Shown one piece after another: positions 27,644-38,117 of a stretch of DNA of 54,445 nucleotides. The notes beneath the pieces are model-generated. The model did no database searches. It had not been told where the DNA came from and saw nothing but the letters and a program-made list of their open reading frames with translations. This DNA is from Steroidobacteraceae bacterium (GTDB taxonomy: Bacteria; Pseudomonadota; Gammaproteobacteria; Steroidobacterales; Steroidobacteraceae): assembly GCA_044351225.1 (NCBI GenBank), contig JBILGD010000001.1, forward strand, positions 1-54,445. The letters are read 5' to 3'. Position numbers and translations under genes: made by a program. Within the stretch, counting starts at the first letter, position 1, and the number at the start of each line of letters is the position of its first letter.

Positions 27644-29074
27644 ATGGCTGATTTCGACGTCATCGTCATTGGCGGGGGTCCCGCAGGGTATCCGGCAGCG
27701 ATTCGCGCCGGACAAAACGGTCTCAAGGTCGCCTGCATCGACGAGTGGAAAAACTACGATGGCAGCACTGCATTCGGCGGTACCTGCCTGAACGCGGGCT
27801 GCATTCCTTCAAAAGCGCTGCTCGAATCGTCCGAGCTTCTTCATCGTGCGCAGGTCGAGTTTGCGGCGCACGGCATCAAGACCGGCCCGGTGGCGATGGA
27901 TATCGCAGCGATGCAGAAGCGCAAGGCCGGCATCGTCAAGACCATGACGGGCGGCATCGTGCAGTTGCTCAAGGGTGCGGGCGTTACTGCGTTGCAGGGG
28001 CATGGCAAGTTGCTCGCCGGGCGTGTGGTCGAGTTCACGGCGCACGACGGTAGCGTCAAGACCTTCTCGGCCAACCATGTGGTGCTCGCGAGTGGCTCGC
28101 AGCCGATGGCGCTCAAGAGCGCGCCTTTCGACGGTGAGCACATCGTCGACAGTTGGGGGGCACTCGAGTTTTCGGCGGTACCGAAGCGGCTCGGCGTGAT
28201 CGGTGCGGGAGTGATCGGTCTCGAGCTCGGCAGCGTGTGGCGTCGGCTCGGTGCCGAGGTGGTCGTGCTGGAGGCGATGCCCGATTTTCTCGCCATGGCC
28301 GACCAGCAGCTCGCCAAAGAAGCGCTCAAACATTTCAAGAAGCAGGGCATCGATCTGCGCCTCGGCGCGAAGGTGACTGGCGCCAAGGTGAGCAAGGGTG
28401 CGGTCGATGTGAGCTACGTCGATGCAGCGGGTGCGGCGCAATCATTGACCGTGGACAAGCTCATTGTTTGCATCGGCCGTCGTCCCTACACGGGCAATCT
28501 GCTTGGCGAAGGTACAGGCGTCGAACTCGACGAGCGCGGCTTCATCAAGGTCGATGAGCATTGCCACACCGGCGCCGAGCATGTCTGGGCGGTGGGCGAT
28601 TGCGTCCGCGGTCCCATGCTGGCGCACAAGGGCAAGGAAGAGGGTGTTGCGGTCGCCGATCGCATCGCGGGTCTCTATGCGCACGTCAATTACGCGGTGA
28701 TTCCCTCGGTCATCTATACCGCGCCCGAGATCGCCTGGGTGGGTCAGACCGAGGAGCAGGTCAAGGCGAGTGGTCGTGCCTACAAGTTGGGCAGTTTTCC
28801 GTTCCTCGCGAGCGGCCGCGCCCGCGCCATGGAATCGAGTCAGGGTTTCGTCAAAGTTATCGTCGCCAAGGATGATGATCAGATCCTGGGCGTGCACATC
28901 ATCGGCCCGATGGCCGGTGAGCTGATTGCCGAGGCGGTACTCGCACTTGAGTATTCGGCGAGCGCCGAGGATCTACAGCGGACCATCCACGCGCACCCGA
29001 CGCTGTCGGAGGCGCTGCATGAGGCGGCGCTCGCTGCTGACAAGCGCGCCATCGATATGCCGAATCGAGGCTGA
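27644..29074 (+). CDS. lpdA: dihydrolipoyl dehydrogenase E3
   Basis: GGGPAGY FAD motif, redox disulfide GGTCLNAGCIPSK, C-terminal HAHPTLSE. ATG 27644 is preferred over GTG 27635 because GAGGA lies 12 nt upstream. Confidence 0.95.
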   Translation: MADFDVIVIGGGPAGYPAAIRAGQNGLKVACIDEWKNYDGSTAFGGTCLNAGCIPSKALLESSELLHRAQVEFAAHGIKTGPVAMDIAAMQKRKAGIVKTMTGGIVQLLKGAGVTALQGHGKLLAGRVVEFTAHDGSVKTFSANHVVLASGSQPMALKSAPFDGEHIVDSWGALEFSAVPKRLGVIGAGVIGLELGSVWRRLGAEVVVLEAMPDFLAMADQQLAKEALKHFKKQGIDLRLGAKVTGAKVSKGAVDVSYVDAAGAAQSLTVDKLIVCIGRRPYTGNLLGEGTGVELDERGFIKVDEHCHTGAEHVWAVGDCVRGPMLAHKGKEEGVAVADRIAGLYAHVNYAVIPSVIYTAPEIAWVGQTEEQVKASGRAYKLGSFPFLASGRARAMESSQGFVKVIVAKDDDQILGVHIIGPMAGELIAEAVLALEYSASAEDLQRTIHAHPTLSEALHEAALAADKRAIDMPNRG

Positions 29075-29187
29075 CCTTCCTGATCGGAGACGGCGCGCCT
29101 CGAGCGCTCTCTTTGCCTGCCGGGGCCACGTGAATCCGGGTATCATAGTCAGGTCATTTTTCGGCGTATTTCCGGGGTCGCGAGCGC

Positions 29188-29838
29188 ATGCCGCGTTATC
29201 GGTCCAAGTCCTGGCGCGCATATCAACCCGACGCTCCCCGGGACGCAGGCGCGCCGCCGTCCGTCGCATCGCGTTCGTCCGGTGACTTTGCCGCCTCAAG
29301 GCCTGCGATCCATCCTGCATCGCACTGCCGCATTCTGGGTATCGACCCGGGTTCGAGGCGACTCGGCTATGGCGTCATCGACGTCGTCGGTGCCGATTGT
29401 CGTTGCATCGTGCACGGGCGGATCGAAGTCGACGGCCTGCCCATGGTGGATCGGCTTGCCCGCCTGCACGAGGGCGTCAAGGCACTGATCGCCGAGCATG
29501 CACCAAATGAAGTCGCCATCGAAAAAGTCTTCGTCAACCGCAACGTCGACAGCGCACTCAAGCTTGGGCAAGCGCGCGGGGCGGCACTTGCGGCGCTCGC
29601 AGGCTTGCCGATCGCCGAGTACGCGCCGCGCGCCATCAAGCTCGCCACCGTTGGTTTCGGCGGCGCCGACAAGCTGCAAGTCGCGCACATGATGCGCGCG
29701 GTCCTCGCGGTGTCCGGGCGCTTGACGGCCGATGCCGCCGATGCGCTGGCCGTGGCGCTCTGCCATGCACAGCATCGACGGCTTGCGGGCCTCATCGACA
29801 ACCAAAACGACGCGCGCCGCGCGGGAGTCGGTGCATGA
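29188..29838 (+). CDS. ruvC: crossover junction endodeoxyribonuclease RuvC (start uncertain, see findings)
   Basis: The canonical core begins RILGIDPGSRRLGYGVIDV at about 29329. It continues ...AIEKVFVNRNVDSALKLGQARG...ADALAVALCHA. The only in-frame ATG/GTG/TTG start is at 29188. Confidence 0.85.
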   Translation: MPRYRSKSWRAYQPDAPRDAGAPPSVASRSSGDFAASRPAIHPASHCRILGIDPGSRRLGYGVIDVVGADCRCIVHGRIEVDGLPMVDRLARLHEGVKALIAEHAPNEVAIEKVFVNRNVDSALKLGQARGAALAALAGLPIAEYAPRAIKLATVGFGGADKLQVAHMMRAVLAVSGRLTADAADALAVALCHAQHRRLAGLIDNQNDARRAGVGA

Positions 29839-30443
29839 TCGGCTCGTTGCGCGGACGGATCGCGATCAAGGCACCCCCGCAGCTGCTGCTCGAGGTCGGC
29901 GGAGTCGGCTATGAACTCGAGGCGCCCATGTCGACCTTTTATGGCTTGCCGGGTGTCGGCGAAGAGGTGCGGCTACTGACGCATCTCGTGGTGCGCGAAG
30001 ACGCTCAGGTGCTCTACGGCTTTGCCACAGCTGCGGAGCGTCACCTGTTCCGCAACCTGCTCAAGGTCTCAGGCGTCGGGCCAAAGATTGCGCTCGGCAT
30101 CCTGTCGGGTACGACCGTCGAGGGCTTCGCGGCTTGCGTATCAAGCAACGACACCGCCGCACTGACGCGTATCCCAGGTATCGGTCGCAAGACCGCCGAG
30201 CGCCTGATCATCGAGATGCGTGATCGGCTCTCGGGCGATGAGCTCGCGGCCGTACCAGGATTTATTCCAGAGAGCGCGACAGGCGGGGCCGAGGGCGAGG
30301 CGTTCTCTGCGCTCGTGGCGCTCGGTTACAAGCCGGCTGAAGCGAGTCGGCTCATCAAGGCCGCGGGCGCATCTGGCGACAGCGACGCGGCGGCAACGAC
30401 CGAAGATTTGATCCGCCGTGCCTTGCAAGGAGCGCTGCGATGA
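29835..30443 (+). CDS. ruvA: Holliday junction branch migration complex subunit RuvA
   Basis: MIGSLRGRI...VGGVGYEL; HhH motifs [13 protein letters not shown] and [19 protein letters not shown] overlap with ruvC. Confidence 0.95.
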   Translation: MIGSLRGRIAIKAPPQLLLEVGGVGYELEAPMSTFYGLPGVGEEVRLLTHLVVREDAQVLYGFATAAERHLFRNLLKVSGVGPKIALGILSGTTVEGFAACVSSNDTAALTRIPGIGRKTAERLIIEMRDRLSGDELAAVPGFIPESATGGAEGEAFSALVALGYKPAEASRLIKAAGASGDSDAAATTEDLIRRALQGALR

Positions 30444-31474
30444 ACGAGCGGCTCGTCAGTGCCGAGGGTGGTCGAGAAGAAGAGGCGATCGATCGGGCGA
30501 TTCGCCCGAAGCGTCTCGCCGATTACGTCGGGCAGCGACCCGTGAAGGAGCAACTTGAGATCTTCGTCGGCGCGGCGCGCGCACGCAGCGAGGCGCTCGA
30601 TCATGTGCTGATCTTTGGCCCTCCGGGTCTCGGCAAGACCACGCTCGCCAACATTCTTGCGGCCGAACTCGGCGTCAGTCTGCGCCAAACTTCCGGCCCC
30701 GTGCTCGAGCGACCCGGCGATCTTGCGGCCATCCTCACGAACCTGCAGCCGCGCGATGTGCTGTTTGTCGATGAGATCCATCGTCTCTCGCCGGTGGTCG
30801 AGGAGGTGCTCTATCCCGCGATGGAGGATTATCAGCTCGACATCATGATCGGCGAGGGCCCGGCAGCCCGTTCGATCAAGCTTTCCTTGCCGCCGTTCAC
30901 GCTGGTGGGGGCGACGACGCGAGCGGGTTTGCTGACCTCGCCGTTGCGCGATCGTTTCGGCATCGTGCAACGGCTCGAATTCTATGACGTCGCCGATCTC
31001 GCGAGCATCGTGCAGCGCTCGGCCGGTATTCTCGGCGTTCCGCTCGCGACCGAGGGTGCACAGCGCATCGCCGAGCGCTCGCGTGGTACGCCCCGCATCG
31101 CCAATCGTCTCTTGCGCCGCGCGCGCGACTACGCACAGGTGAAGGGCGATGGCACCATCACTGCAACGCTTGCTGTGGCGGCGCTCGATCTGCTCGAGGT
31201 CGACCCGATGGGTTTCGATACGCTCGATCGCAAGTTACTGACCACCATCATCGACAAATTCGACGGTGGTCCAGTCGGTATCGACAGCCTCGCGGCGGCG
31301 ATCGGCGAGGAGCGTGGCACGCTCGAAGATGTGATCGAACCCTTTCTGATTCAGCAGGGGTTTTTGATGCGCACGGCGCGCGGTCGCATTGCAACCCGCA
31401 CCGCCTATCAGCATTTTGGGCTGGTGCCCCCGCAACGTCCCGGGAGCGGACTGCCGCTCTTCGAGGGCGAGTGA
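30440..31474 (+). CDS. ruvB: Holliday junction DNA helicase RuvB
   Basis: Walker [10 protein letters not shown], Walker [10 protein letters not shown], sensor [24 protein letters not shown] overlap with ruvA. Confidence 0.95.
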   Translation: MNERLVSAEGGREEEAIDRAIRPKRLADYVGQRPVKEQLEIFVGAARARSEALDHVLIFGPPGLGKTTLANILAAELGVSLRQTSGPVLERPGDLAAILTNLQPRDVLFVDEIHRLSPVVEEVLYPAMEDYQLDIMIGEGPAARSIKLSLPPFTLVGATTRAGLLTSPLRDRFGIVQRLEFYDVADLASIVQRSAGILGVPLATEGAQRIAERSRGTPRIANRLLRRARDYAQVKGDGTITATLAVAALDLLEVDPMGFDTLDRKLLTTIIDKFDGGPVGIDSLAAAIGEERGTLEDVIEPFLIQQGFLMRTARGRIATRTAYQHFGLVPPQRPGSGLPLFEGE

Positions 31475-31875
31475 TGAGCAATTTTCTTTGGCCGGTGCGG
31501 GTGTACTGGGAAGATACGGATGCCGGCGGTGTCGTCTACTACGCCAATTACCTGCGGTTTCTCGAACGCTGTCGTACCGAGTGGTTGCGCAGTCAGGGTC
31601 TCTCACAGCAAGAGTTGGCGAGTGTCCGCGGCGTGCAGTTCATGGTGCTCGAGGTGAAAGTGTCCTACCGCGCACCCGCGCGGCTCGACGATTCGCTCGT
31701 CGTGACTTGTGCGATGCGGCCGGAGGGCCGCACCACGGCCCGCTTCGCACAGGAGATCTGGCGGGGTGATCCGGGTGAGGCTGGCGCCGAACTTCTGCTC
31801 GAGGCCGAGGTCCGTGTGGTGTGCGTGGATGCCAAGACGCTGCGGCCGCGGCGTATCGGGGAGTATTTGCCGTGA
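31471..31875 (+). CDS. ybgC: Tol-Pal-associated acyl-CoA thioesterase YbgC
   Basis: 4HBT hot-dog fold: [24 protein letters not shown]. It sits immediately upstream of tolQ and overlaps the ruvB stop. Confidence 0.85.
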   Translation: MMSNFLWPVRVYWEDTDAGGVVYYANYLRFLERCRTEWLRSQGLSQQELASVRGVQFMVLEVKVSYRAPARLDDSLVVTCAMRPEGRTTARFAQEIWRGDPGEAGAELLLEAEVRVVCVDAKTLRPRRIGEYLP

Positions 31876-32549
31876 ATGACCTGTCGATTCTGCGATTGAT
31901 CCTCGAAGCGACCATCGTCGTGCAACTCGTGATGTTGCTGCTGGTCGGCGCGTCCGTGTATTCCTGGAGCATCGTGTTTCGCAAACGGGCCTCGCTGGCT
32001 CGAGCCAAAGAAAACCTCGAGCGCTTCGAGCGGGATTTCTGGTCGGGCGGCGATCTCGCTTCGCTCTACAAGAGTATCGAGGCGCGCGGTCAGCCACGCG
32101 GCATCGATCACATTTTTCAGGCCGGATTCCGCGAGTTCGCGCGACTCAGTCAGCAGGGAGTCGAGTCGTCCGAGGTGCTGCTCGAAGGCGCGCGTCGTGC
32201 CATGAAGGCCCAGCAAATCAAGGAACTCGAGTACCTCGAGAAAGGCCTCTCGAGTCTGGCCACCGTTGGCTCGACGAGTCCCTACGTGGGCTTGTTCGGA
32301 ACGGTTTGGGGAATCATGCATGCCTTTGTGGGTCTCGGGTCGGTGCAACAGGCAACGCTTGCGACCGTGGCACCCGGCATTGCCGAGGCGCTGATCGCAA
32401 CCGCCATCGGGCTCTTTGCGGCGATTCCGGCGGTGGTCGCCTACAACCGATTTGCGGATCAGGTGTGGCGACTCGAGGCGCGCTACGACGCTTTCATGGA
32501 AGAATTCTCGACGATCCTGCAGCGTCACGCGACGCGCAGCGGCGGCTGA
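31872..32549 (+). CDS. tolQ: Tol-Pal system protein TolQ
   Basis: GTG 31872 overlaps the ybgC stop (GTGA). (M)[23 protein letters not shown]..., MotA/TolQ/ExbB motif ...TVGSTSPYVGLFGTVWGIM...VAPGIAEALIATAIGLFAAIPAVVAYN. Confidence 0.9.
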   Translation: MNDLSILRLILEATIVVQLVMLLLVGASVYSWSIVFRKRASLARAKENLERFERDFWSGGDLASLYKSIEARGQPRGIDHIFQAGFREFARLSQQGVESSEVLLEGARRAMKAQQIKELEYLEKGLSSLATVGSTSPYVGLFGTVWGIMHAFVGLGSVQQATLATVAPGIAEALIATAIGLFAAIPAVVAYNRFADQVWRLEARYDAFMEEFSTILQRHATRSGG

Positions 32550-32561
32550 GGTAGCGCGAAG

Positions 32562-33008
32562 ATGGCGCAGACAGGGCGCAATCGTCGGCCGATCAGCGAA
32601 ATGAACGTCGTGCCGTACATCGACGTGATGCTCGTGCTGCTCATCATCTTCATGGTCACGGCGCCCTTGCTTACGCAGGGCGTGCAGGTCGATCTGCCCG
32701 ACGCGTCCGCCGAGGCGATCGATCCCAGCGAGTTGCAGAACCGGCCACCGATCGTGCTCTCCATCGATCGGGACGGGCGGCTGTATCTCAACGACGGCGA
32801 CCGACCTGCCGAACCGCTCGAAGATCGTTTGGTCGAAGCGCGTGTGGCCGCGGTGCTGCGCAGTGCCCCGGGTCTACCCGTTTTCGTGAAGGGTGATCGT
32901 GCCGTGCCCTATGGGCGCGTTGTCGAGGCGATGGTGTTGTTGCAGGGCGCGGGCGCTGCGAAGGTTGGGTTTCTGACCGATCCTGTGGCGACGCCGGGTG
33001 CGCGTTGA
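32562..33008 (+). CDS. tolR: Tol-Pal system protein TolR (ExbD family)
   Basis: ISEMNVVPYIDVMLVLLIIFMVTAPL TM with the conserved Asp. 148 aa. Confidence 0.9.
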   Translation: MAQTGRNRRPISEMNVVPYIDVMLVLLIIFMVTAPLLTQGVQVDLPDASAEAIDPSELQNRPPIVLSIDRDGRLYLNDGDRPAEPLEDRLVEARVAAVLRSAPGLPVFVKGDRAVPYGRVVEAMVLLQGAGAAKVGFLTDPVATPGAR

Positions 33009-33044
33009 GGGCAGGGCGGTGAGGCGGGGCCGCGCGGGTGACGC

Positions 33045-33905
33045 ATGGCGGGGCTGATGGAACGCTTGCGTCCTTATTTGCTGTCGATTGCGCTGCATGC
33101 GGGTCTCGTGATTCTGATCGTCGTGCTCGGCGCGCAGAACTGGCATCGCTCGCCGCCGGAGCCCGTCGCGCTCGCGATCGAGGCAGTGGTCGTCGATGGC
33201 AAAGAATTCCGGCAGTTGTCGCGTTCGCGGCCGGCGCCGCCGCCGCAGGCCGAACCGGACCCTGAACCCGTATCTGAGCCCTTGCGTGAGCCCGAGCCTT
33301 CGCCTGAACCTGCGGCCGAGGTCGAGTCGCCACCGCCGCCACCGAAGCCCGACCCAGCCAAGCGGGCAGCAGAGGCGAAGCGGGTCGCCGAGGTCAAACA
33401 GCGCGAGGCGGAGGCCAAGCGGGCTGCGGACGCGAAACGCGAGGCCGAAGCCAAACGACAGGCCGAAGCGAAGCGTCTCGCCGACGAACTCGCGGCCGAA
33501 GAGCGTCGTCGCAGCGAGGACGCGCGGATTCGTCAGGAGCGCGAGCAGGCGTTGCAGCGCGCGCTCGCGGATGAGCTCGCCGAAGCCGAGGCCGCCGAGG
33601 CGCGTCGCGTGGCTGCGGCACGCGCGGCGAGTCTTTCTGCCCAATGGGCAGCGGCTATTCAGGCGCGCGTGCAGCGGGCGTGGATTCGTCCGCCCTCGGC
33701 GCGCGCCGGGCTCGACTGTCGAGTCGCCGTGACGCAGGCGCCAGGTGGAACGGTGCTGCGCGCCGAGGTCAAGGAGTGCAATGGCGACGAAGCCGTAAGA
33801 CAATCGCTGGAGGCCGCGGTGTTTCGCGCCTCGCCTTTGCCGCCGCCGCCCGAGCCGTCATTGTTCGAGCGCAATATCGATTTGAGGTTCAGGCCCAATG
33901 ATTGA
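33045..33905 (+). CDS. tolA: Tol-Pal system protein TolA
   Basis: N-terminal TM, a long Ala/Glu/Lys/Arg helical repeat region (AEAKRxA units), and a C-terminal TolA domain ...CRVAVTQAPGGTVLRAEVKECNGDEAVRQSLEAAVFRASPLP. Confidence 0.85.
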   Translation: MAGLMERLRPYLLSIALHAGLVILIVVLGAQNWHRSPPEPVALAIEAVVVDGKEFRQLSRSRPAPPPQAEPDPEPVSEPLREPEPSPEPAAEVESPPPPPKPDPAKRAAEAKRVAEVKQREAEAKRAADAKREAEAKRQAEAKRLADELAAEERRRSEDARIRQEREQALQRALADELAEAEAAEARRVAAARAASLSAQWAAAIQARVQRAWIRPPSARAGLDCRVAVTQAPGGTVLRAEVKECNGDEAVRQSLEAAVFRASPLPPPPEPSLFERNIDLRFRPND

Positions 33906-35160
33906 TTGTCGCCGTCGATTTTCTGACTCGAGCGCACGCGTGCTGACGTGCGCGTTGCTTGTTGTCTTTGTCGCGCTGGCGCCTTTGCGTGTTGCGGCGC
34001 AGTTGCAGGTCGATATCACCTCCGGCGTCACGGCGCCGATTCCGATCGCCATCGAAGACTTCACCGACGATCGGCAGACCACGGCGACCGTGATACGGCA
34101 AAACCTCGCGCGCAGCGGCCGCTTCAGCGTGGGCGCGCGTACCGCCTCCGACTATCTCGTCATCGGGCGCATCTCGAGCGCAGCGGATGGCCGCATCACC
34201 TTCAACTACGAACTCACCAATCTGCTCACGGGGCAGCGCTTGTTGGTCGAGCGTATCAGTGCCGCGCCCACCGCCTGGCGCAATGCCGCGCATCGCATCA
34301 GCGATCGAATCCATCAGACGATCATCGGCGCGCGCAGCGCCTTTGCCACGCGGATCGCTTATGTGTCGGTCGAGAGCGCGCCACCTGCGCAGCGTTATCA
34401 GCTGATCGTCGCCGACGCCGATGGCGAGAACTCGCGAGTCATTCTGCAGTCGCGCTTGCCGTTGATGTCGCCGGTCTGGTCACCCGACGGCGAGTCGCTG
34501 GCTTATGTGTCGTTCGAGACGCGGGCTGCGGCAATCTACGTTCAAAAAGTGCGCACCGCGGAACGACGTCGCGTGTCGGGTCGTGCGGGCATCAACAACG
34601 CGCCGGCGTGGTCACCCGATGGCCGGCGTCTTGCGCTCACGCTCTCCTCTGCGGGTGGCAACCTCGACATACACGTACTCGATCTCGCAAGCGGCGAATT
34701 GCTGCGCGTGACGGATCACCCGGCGATCGATACTGAACCCGTCTGGTCACCCGACGGCGCGCAACTCTATTTCACCTCGGATCGCGCCGGGGGTCCGCAG
34801 ATCTATCGCGCGGCACCTGAGGCCGGTGCTCGGCCGCAGCGCATCACGTTCATGGGTGCGTACAACGCTCGGCCGCGCATCAGCCCCGATGGACGGCAGC
34901 TCGCCCATGTCACGCGCGAGGGCAGCGCGTATCGCATTGCCGTGCAAGACCTCGGGAACGGGGCGGTGCGTGTGTTGTCAAAGGGGCGGCAGGATGAATC
35001 GCCGGGATTTTCGCCGGACGGTGGCACGCTGATTTATGCCGCGCGCGAGCGCGGTCAGGGTGTGCTCGCCACGGTGAGCGTGGACGGACTGATCCTGCAG
35101 CGCCTGCAATCTGCACGAGGAGATGTGCGTGAACCCGCTTGGGGGCCATTTCTGCCGTGA
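33898..35160 (+). CDS. tolB: Tol-Pal system beta-propeller protein TolB
   Basis: Signal peptide. Repeated ...P.WSPDG..LA(Y/F) propeller blades (SPVWSPDGESLAYVS, APAWSPDGRRLALT, EPVWSPDGAQLYFTS, PRISPDGRQLAHV, PGFSPDGGTLIYA). Confidence 0.95.
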   Translation: MIDCRRRFSDSSARVLTCALLVVFVALAPLRVAAQLQVDITSGVTAPIPIAIEDFTDDRQTTATVIRQNLARSGRFSVGARTASDYLVIGRISSAADGRITFNYELTNLLTGQRLLVERISAAPTAWRNAAHRISDRIHQTIIGARSAFATRIAYVSVESAPPAQRYQLIVADADGENSRVILQSRLPLMSPVWSPDGESLAYVSFETRAAAIYVQKVRTAERRRVSGRAGINNAPAWSPDGRRLALTLSSAGGNLDIHVLDLASGELLRVTDHPAIDTEPVWSPDGAQLYFTSDRAGGPQIYRAAPEAGARPQRITFMGAYNARPRISPDGRQLAHVTREGSAYRIAVQDLGNGAVRVLSKGRQDESPGFSPDGGTLIYAARERGQGVLATVSVDGLILQRLQSARGDVREPAWGPFLP

Positions 35161-35218
35161 CGATTTCGGCATGGCGCGGTCGTGCGATAATTTCCGAAAA
35201 TTTGGGAGACCGTAAACC

Positions 35219-35770
35219 ATGACTCGACACATCCTTGTTGCCGCTCTCGTGCTTGGCTTGCTTGCGGGTTGCAAGTCCGCCCCGCCGGTCACGGATTCCT
35301 CGGGTTCGATGACAGCGAAATCCGAGCCGTCCGCCACGGCAATCGCCCAACCGGATGATTCGGCAGGTGCCGTGTCGGCGGGTGAGGTTGGCGGTGACAT
35401 GGATGGGCGGTCGGTCGTATTGCCGGCGGAGCTGGCCGGTCGCACGATCATCTACTTCGCGTTCGACAGCGATGCGCTGAGCAACGACGATCAGGCGTTG
35501 CTGGCGGCGCATGCGCGTTTCATGGCGAGCCGCTCCAATCTGCGGGTCAGGCTAGAAGGCCACACCGACGAGCGTGGCACCCGCGAATACAACATCGGTC
35601 TTGGCGAGCGCCGCGCTCAGGCTGTGCGCCGCGCCCTCGGCTTGCAGGGCGTCGCAGAGTCGCGTCTCGCCACGGTGAGCTACGGTGAGGAGCGTCCTGC
35701 CGAGGCGGGCGATGACGAGGCGGCTTTCGCCAAAAATCGTCGCGTCGAGCTGATCTACTCCGAGGGCTGA
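35219..35770 (+). CDS. pal: peptidoglycan-associated lipoprotein Pal
   Basis: Lipobox LLAGC. OmpA-like domain ...IYFAFDSDAL...LEGHTDERGTREYNIGLGERRAQAV...NRRVELI. Confidence 0.95.
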   Translation: MTRHILVAALVLGLLAGCKSAPPVTDSSGSMTAKSEPSATAIAQPDDSAGAVSAGEVGGDMDGRSVVLPAELAGRTIIYFAFDSDALSNDDQALLAAHARFMASRSNLRVRLEGHTDERGTREYNIGLGERRAQAVRRALGLQGVAESRLATVSYGEERPAEAGDDEAAFAKNRRVELIYSEG

Positions 35771-35776
35771 TCGATC

Positions 35777-36658
35777 GTGCGTCGCGCGCTCTGCGCAGTT
35801 CTGTTCGCGTTGATTGCGTTGCCGGTGGCGGCGCAATCAACGCGTGCGCGTCTCGATGACCTCGATCTGCGAGTCGGTCAGCTCGAAGAAACCGTGCGCG
35901 GGCAGGCGCTCGTCGAGTTATCGCAGCGCCTCGATGCGCTGGAGACTGAAGCGCGTAGCCTGCGTGGTGATCTTGAATTGCTGCAGCGCGAAAACGAATC
36001 GCTGCGGCAGCAGCAGCGGGATCTCGCGGCCGATTTCGATCGGCGTATCGCTACGCTCGAGTCGCGCATGAGCGCGATGGCAACGGCCGCGGCGGCAACT
36101 TCGGCGACAACCTTGGCGACGGCGTCGCCCACCGCAACGGCTGTCGTGCCGCCCGTAGATAGCTCGGTGCCTGCCGCGGCGGATGCCGCGGTGCCGCCGG
36201 CAGCGATGGCGTCATCGCCGGTCACGTCGCCGCCTGCGGCCGTGCCGCTCCCGGTCGCGCCTTCGTCTGTGACCCCGCCCGCCGAGACCGCCGAGGTCGT
36301 TTATGGGCGAGCCTTCGATGCGCTCAAGGCGGCGAAGTATCCCGAGGCGATCGCCGGTATGGCGGATTTTCTGGTTCGATTTCCGTCGCATCCGCTCGCC
36401 GATAACGCGCAGTACTGGCTCGGTCAGGCGCATTACGTGACGCGCGATTACGCCAAGGCCGTCGAGGCATTCGCGGCGGTGGGCACGAGCTCACCCGACA
36501 CCTCAAAAGCGCCCGATGCATTGCTCAAAAAAGGTTTGGCCGAATCCGAACTCGGTCGAACCGAGGCAGCGCGGGCGACGCTCAATGAAGTCATTCGCCG
36601 CTATCCGCAGAACGATGCAGCGCGGCTCGCGCGCGAACAGCTCTCCCGATTGCGCTGA
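35777..36658 (+). CDS. cpoB: Tol-Pal system protein CpoB/YbgF
   Basis: GTG start, signal peptide, N-terminal coiled coil, Ala/Pro-rich linker, C-terminal TPR-like ...YGRAFDALKAAKYPEAIAGMADFLVRFPSHPLADNAQYWLGQAHY. Confidence 0.9.
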   Translation: MRRALCAVLFALIALPVAAQSTRARLDDLDLRVGQLEETVRGQALVELSQRLDALETEARSLRGDLELLQRENESLRQQQRDLAADFDRRIATLESRMSAMATAAAATSATTLATASPTATAVVPPVDSSVPAAADAAVPPAAMASSPVTSPPAAVPLPVAPSSVTPPAETAEVVYGRAFDALKAAKYPEAIAGMADFLVRFPSHPLADNAQYWLGQAHYVTRDYAKAVEAFAAVGTSSPDTSKAPDALLKKGLAESELGRTEAARATLNEVIRRYPQNDAARLAREQLSRLR

Positions 36659-37312
36659 ATGATGGCTGCGATGCCGCGACTCAAGCTGACGGAAATTTTC
36701 CGCTCGCTTCAAGGTGAGGCGGATAGTGCCGGCATTCCCACGATCTTCGTGCGACTCACCGGCTGCCCGCTGCGCTGCCAGTATTGCGACACGACTTATG
36801 CCTTCCATGGCGGTCAATGGTGGACACTCGATGAAGTGCTGGCCCGCGTGCGCGAACTCGAGGCGACACACGTCTGTGTGACGGGTGGCGAGCCGCTCGC
36901 GCAGCCCGCGGTGTTCGCGCTAATGACGGCGCTTTGCGATGCGGGGTATCGCGTGTCGCTCGAGACGAGCGGTGCCATGCCGCTCGAGGGGATCGATGCG
37001 CGCGTCGTCAAGGTCGTCGACATCAAGACGCCGGGTTCGGGCGAAGAAGCGCGTAATCGTTATATCGAGCTCGAGCGGCTCTCGTCCACCGATCTCGTCA
37101 AGTTCGTGATCACGGATCGCGCGGACTACGAATGGAGTCGGGCACAGCTGCGCGAGCGGGATCTCGCGCGCCGCTGTACGGTGCTGTTCTCGCCGAGCCA
37201 TGCGCAGCTCGCTGCGCGCGAACTCGCCGACTGGGTCCTCGAGGATCGTCTTCCCGTACGCTTCCAGATCCAGCTCCACAAATATCTTTGGGGCGATGTG
37301 CCCGGACGATGA
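36659..37312 (+). CDS. queE: 7-carboxy-7-deazaguanine synthase (radical SAM)
   Basis: [38 protein letters not shown]; radical-SAM Cx3Cx2C variant typical of QueE. Confidence 0.9.
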   Translation: MMAAMPRLKLTEIFRSLQGEADSAGIPTIFVRLTGCPLRCQYCDTTYAFHGGQWWTLDEVLARVRELEATHVCVTGGEPLAQPAVFALMTALCDAGYRVSLETSGAMPLEGIDARVVKVVDIKTPGSGEEARNRYIELERLSSTDLVKFVITDRADYEWSRAQLRERDLARRCTVLFSPSHAQLAARELADWVLEDRLPVRFQIQLHKYLWGDVPGR

Positions 37313-38007
37313 ATACGCTGGCCGACAAGGCGAGTGGTCCGCGCCGCGCCGTGATCTTGCTGTCGGGGGGTCTCGATTCCGCGACGGTGCTCGCGCTTGC
37401 GCGTGAGCAGGGCTTCGACGTCCATGCCCTTTCGGTGCATTACGGGCAGCGTCACTCAGCTGAACTCGCGGCGGCGGCGCGGATCGCCGTGGCGCTCGGC
37501 GCCCGCGAACATCGGGTGATGGGCGTCGATCTCGCCGGAATCGGTGGCTCGGCGCTGACCGATCCCGCACTCGATGTGCCGACCGCGCCCACCACGGGCA
37601 TCCCGATCACCTATGTTCCCGCACGCAATACTTTGATGCTGGCGCTGGCACTTGGCTGGGCAGAAGTTCTCGAGGCCGAGGCGATCTTCATCGGCGTCAA
37701 TGCCGTCGATTATTCAGGCTATCCCGACTGTCGCCCCGAGTTCGTCGCGGCCTTTGCCGAGGTGGCGCGGCTCGGTACCCGAGCGGGCGCGTTGGGTGTG
37801 GCGCTGCGCATCGAGGCGCCGCTCGTGAATTTTTCCAAGGCGGACATCATCCGCGAGGGGCGGCGTCTCGGGGTCGACTATGCACTGACCGTCTCCTGCT
37901 ATCAGGCCGATACGGAGGGCAGGGCCTGTGGGCAGTGCGACAGCTGTCGGTTGCGACGAGAGGGTTTCGTTGCTGCAGGCGTGCCTGATCCCACGCGGTA
38001 CGTGTAG
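37309..38007 (+). CDS. queC: 7-cyano-7-deazaguanine synthase
   Basis: Start at ATG 37309 (ATGA overlap with the queE stop). [16 protein letters not shown]-loop. C-terminal Zn cluster CYQ...[10 protein letters not shown]. Confidence 0.9.
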   Translation: MNTLADKASGPRRAVILLSGGLDSATVLALAREQGFDVHALSVHYGQRHSAELAAAARIAVALGAREHRVMGVDLAGIGGSALTDPALDVPTAPTTGIPITYVPARNTLMLALALGWAEVLEAEAIFIGVNAVDYSGYPDCRPEFVAAFAEVARLGTRAGALGVALRIEAPLVNFSKADIIREGRRLGVDYALTVSCYQADTEGRACGQCDSCRLRREGFVAAGVPDPTRYV

Positions 38008-38010
38008 AAT
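38005..38010 (+). promoter_or_regulatory. candidate -10 box (TAGAAT) for tRNA-Lys
   Basis: TAGAAT overlaps the queC stop codon and lies 22 nt before the tRNA 5' end. Confidence 0.35.
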
Positions 38011-38031
38011 CCGCGCCCTCCGAGCAGACAC

Positions 38032-38107
38032 GGGTCCTTAGCTCAGCCGGTAGAGCAGCTGGCTTTTAACCAGTTGGTCGCGCGTTCGAATCGCGCAGGA
38101 CCCACCA
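38032..38107 (+). tRNA. tRNA-Lys (anticodon TTT)
   Basis: Cloverleaf: GGGTCCT/TA/GCTC-AGCCGGTA-GAGC/A/GCTGG-CTTTTAA-CCAGT/TGGTC/GCGCG-TTCGAAT-CGCGC/AGGACCC/ACCA. Confidence 0.95.
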
Positions 38108-38117
38108 TCCCCTCCGC

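Noticed and set aside
33340-33620. Periodic AEAKR / EAKRxA repeats that could be mistaken for a tandem DNA repeat array
   Set aside because: They lie inside tolA and encode the well-known Ala/Glu/Lys-rich helical domain II. The repeats are degenerate at the DNA level, with no spacer structure.
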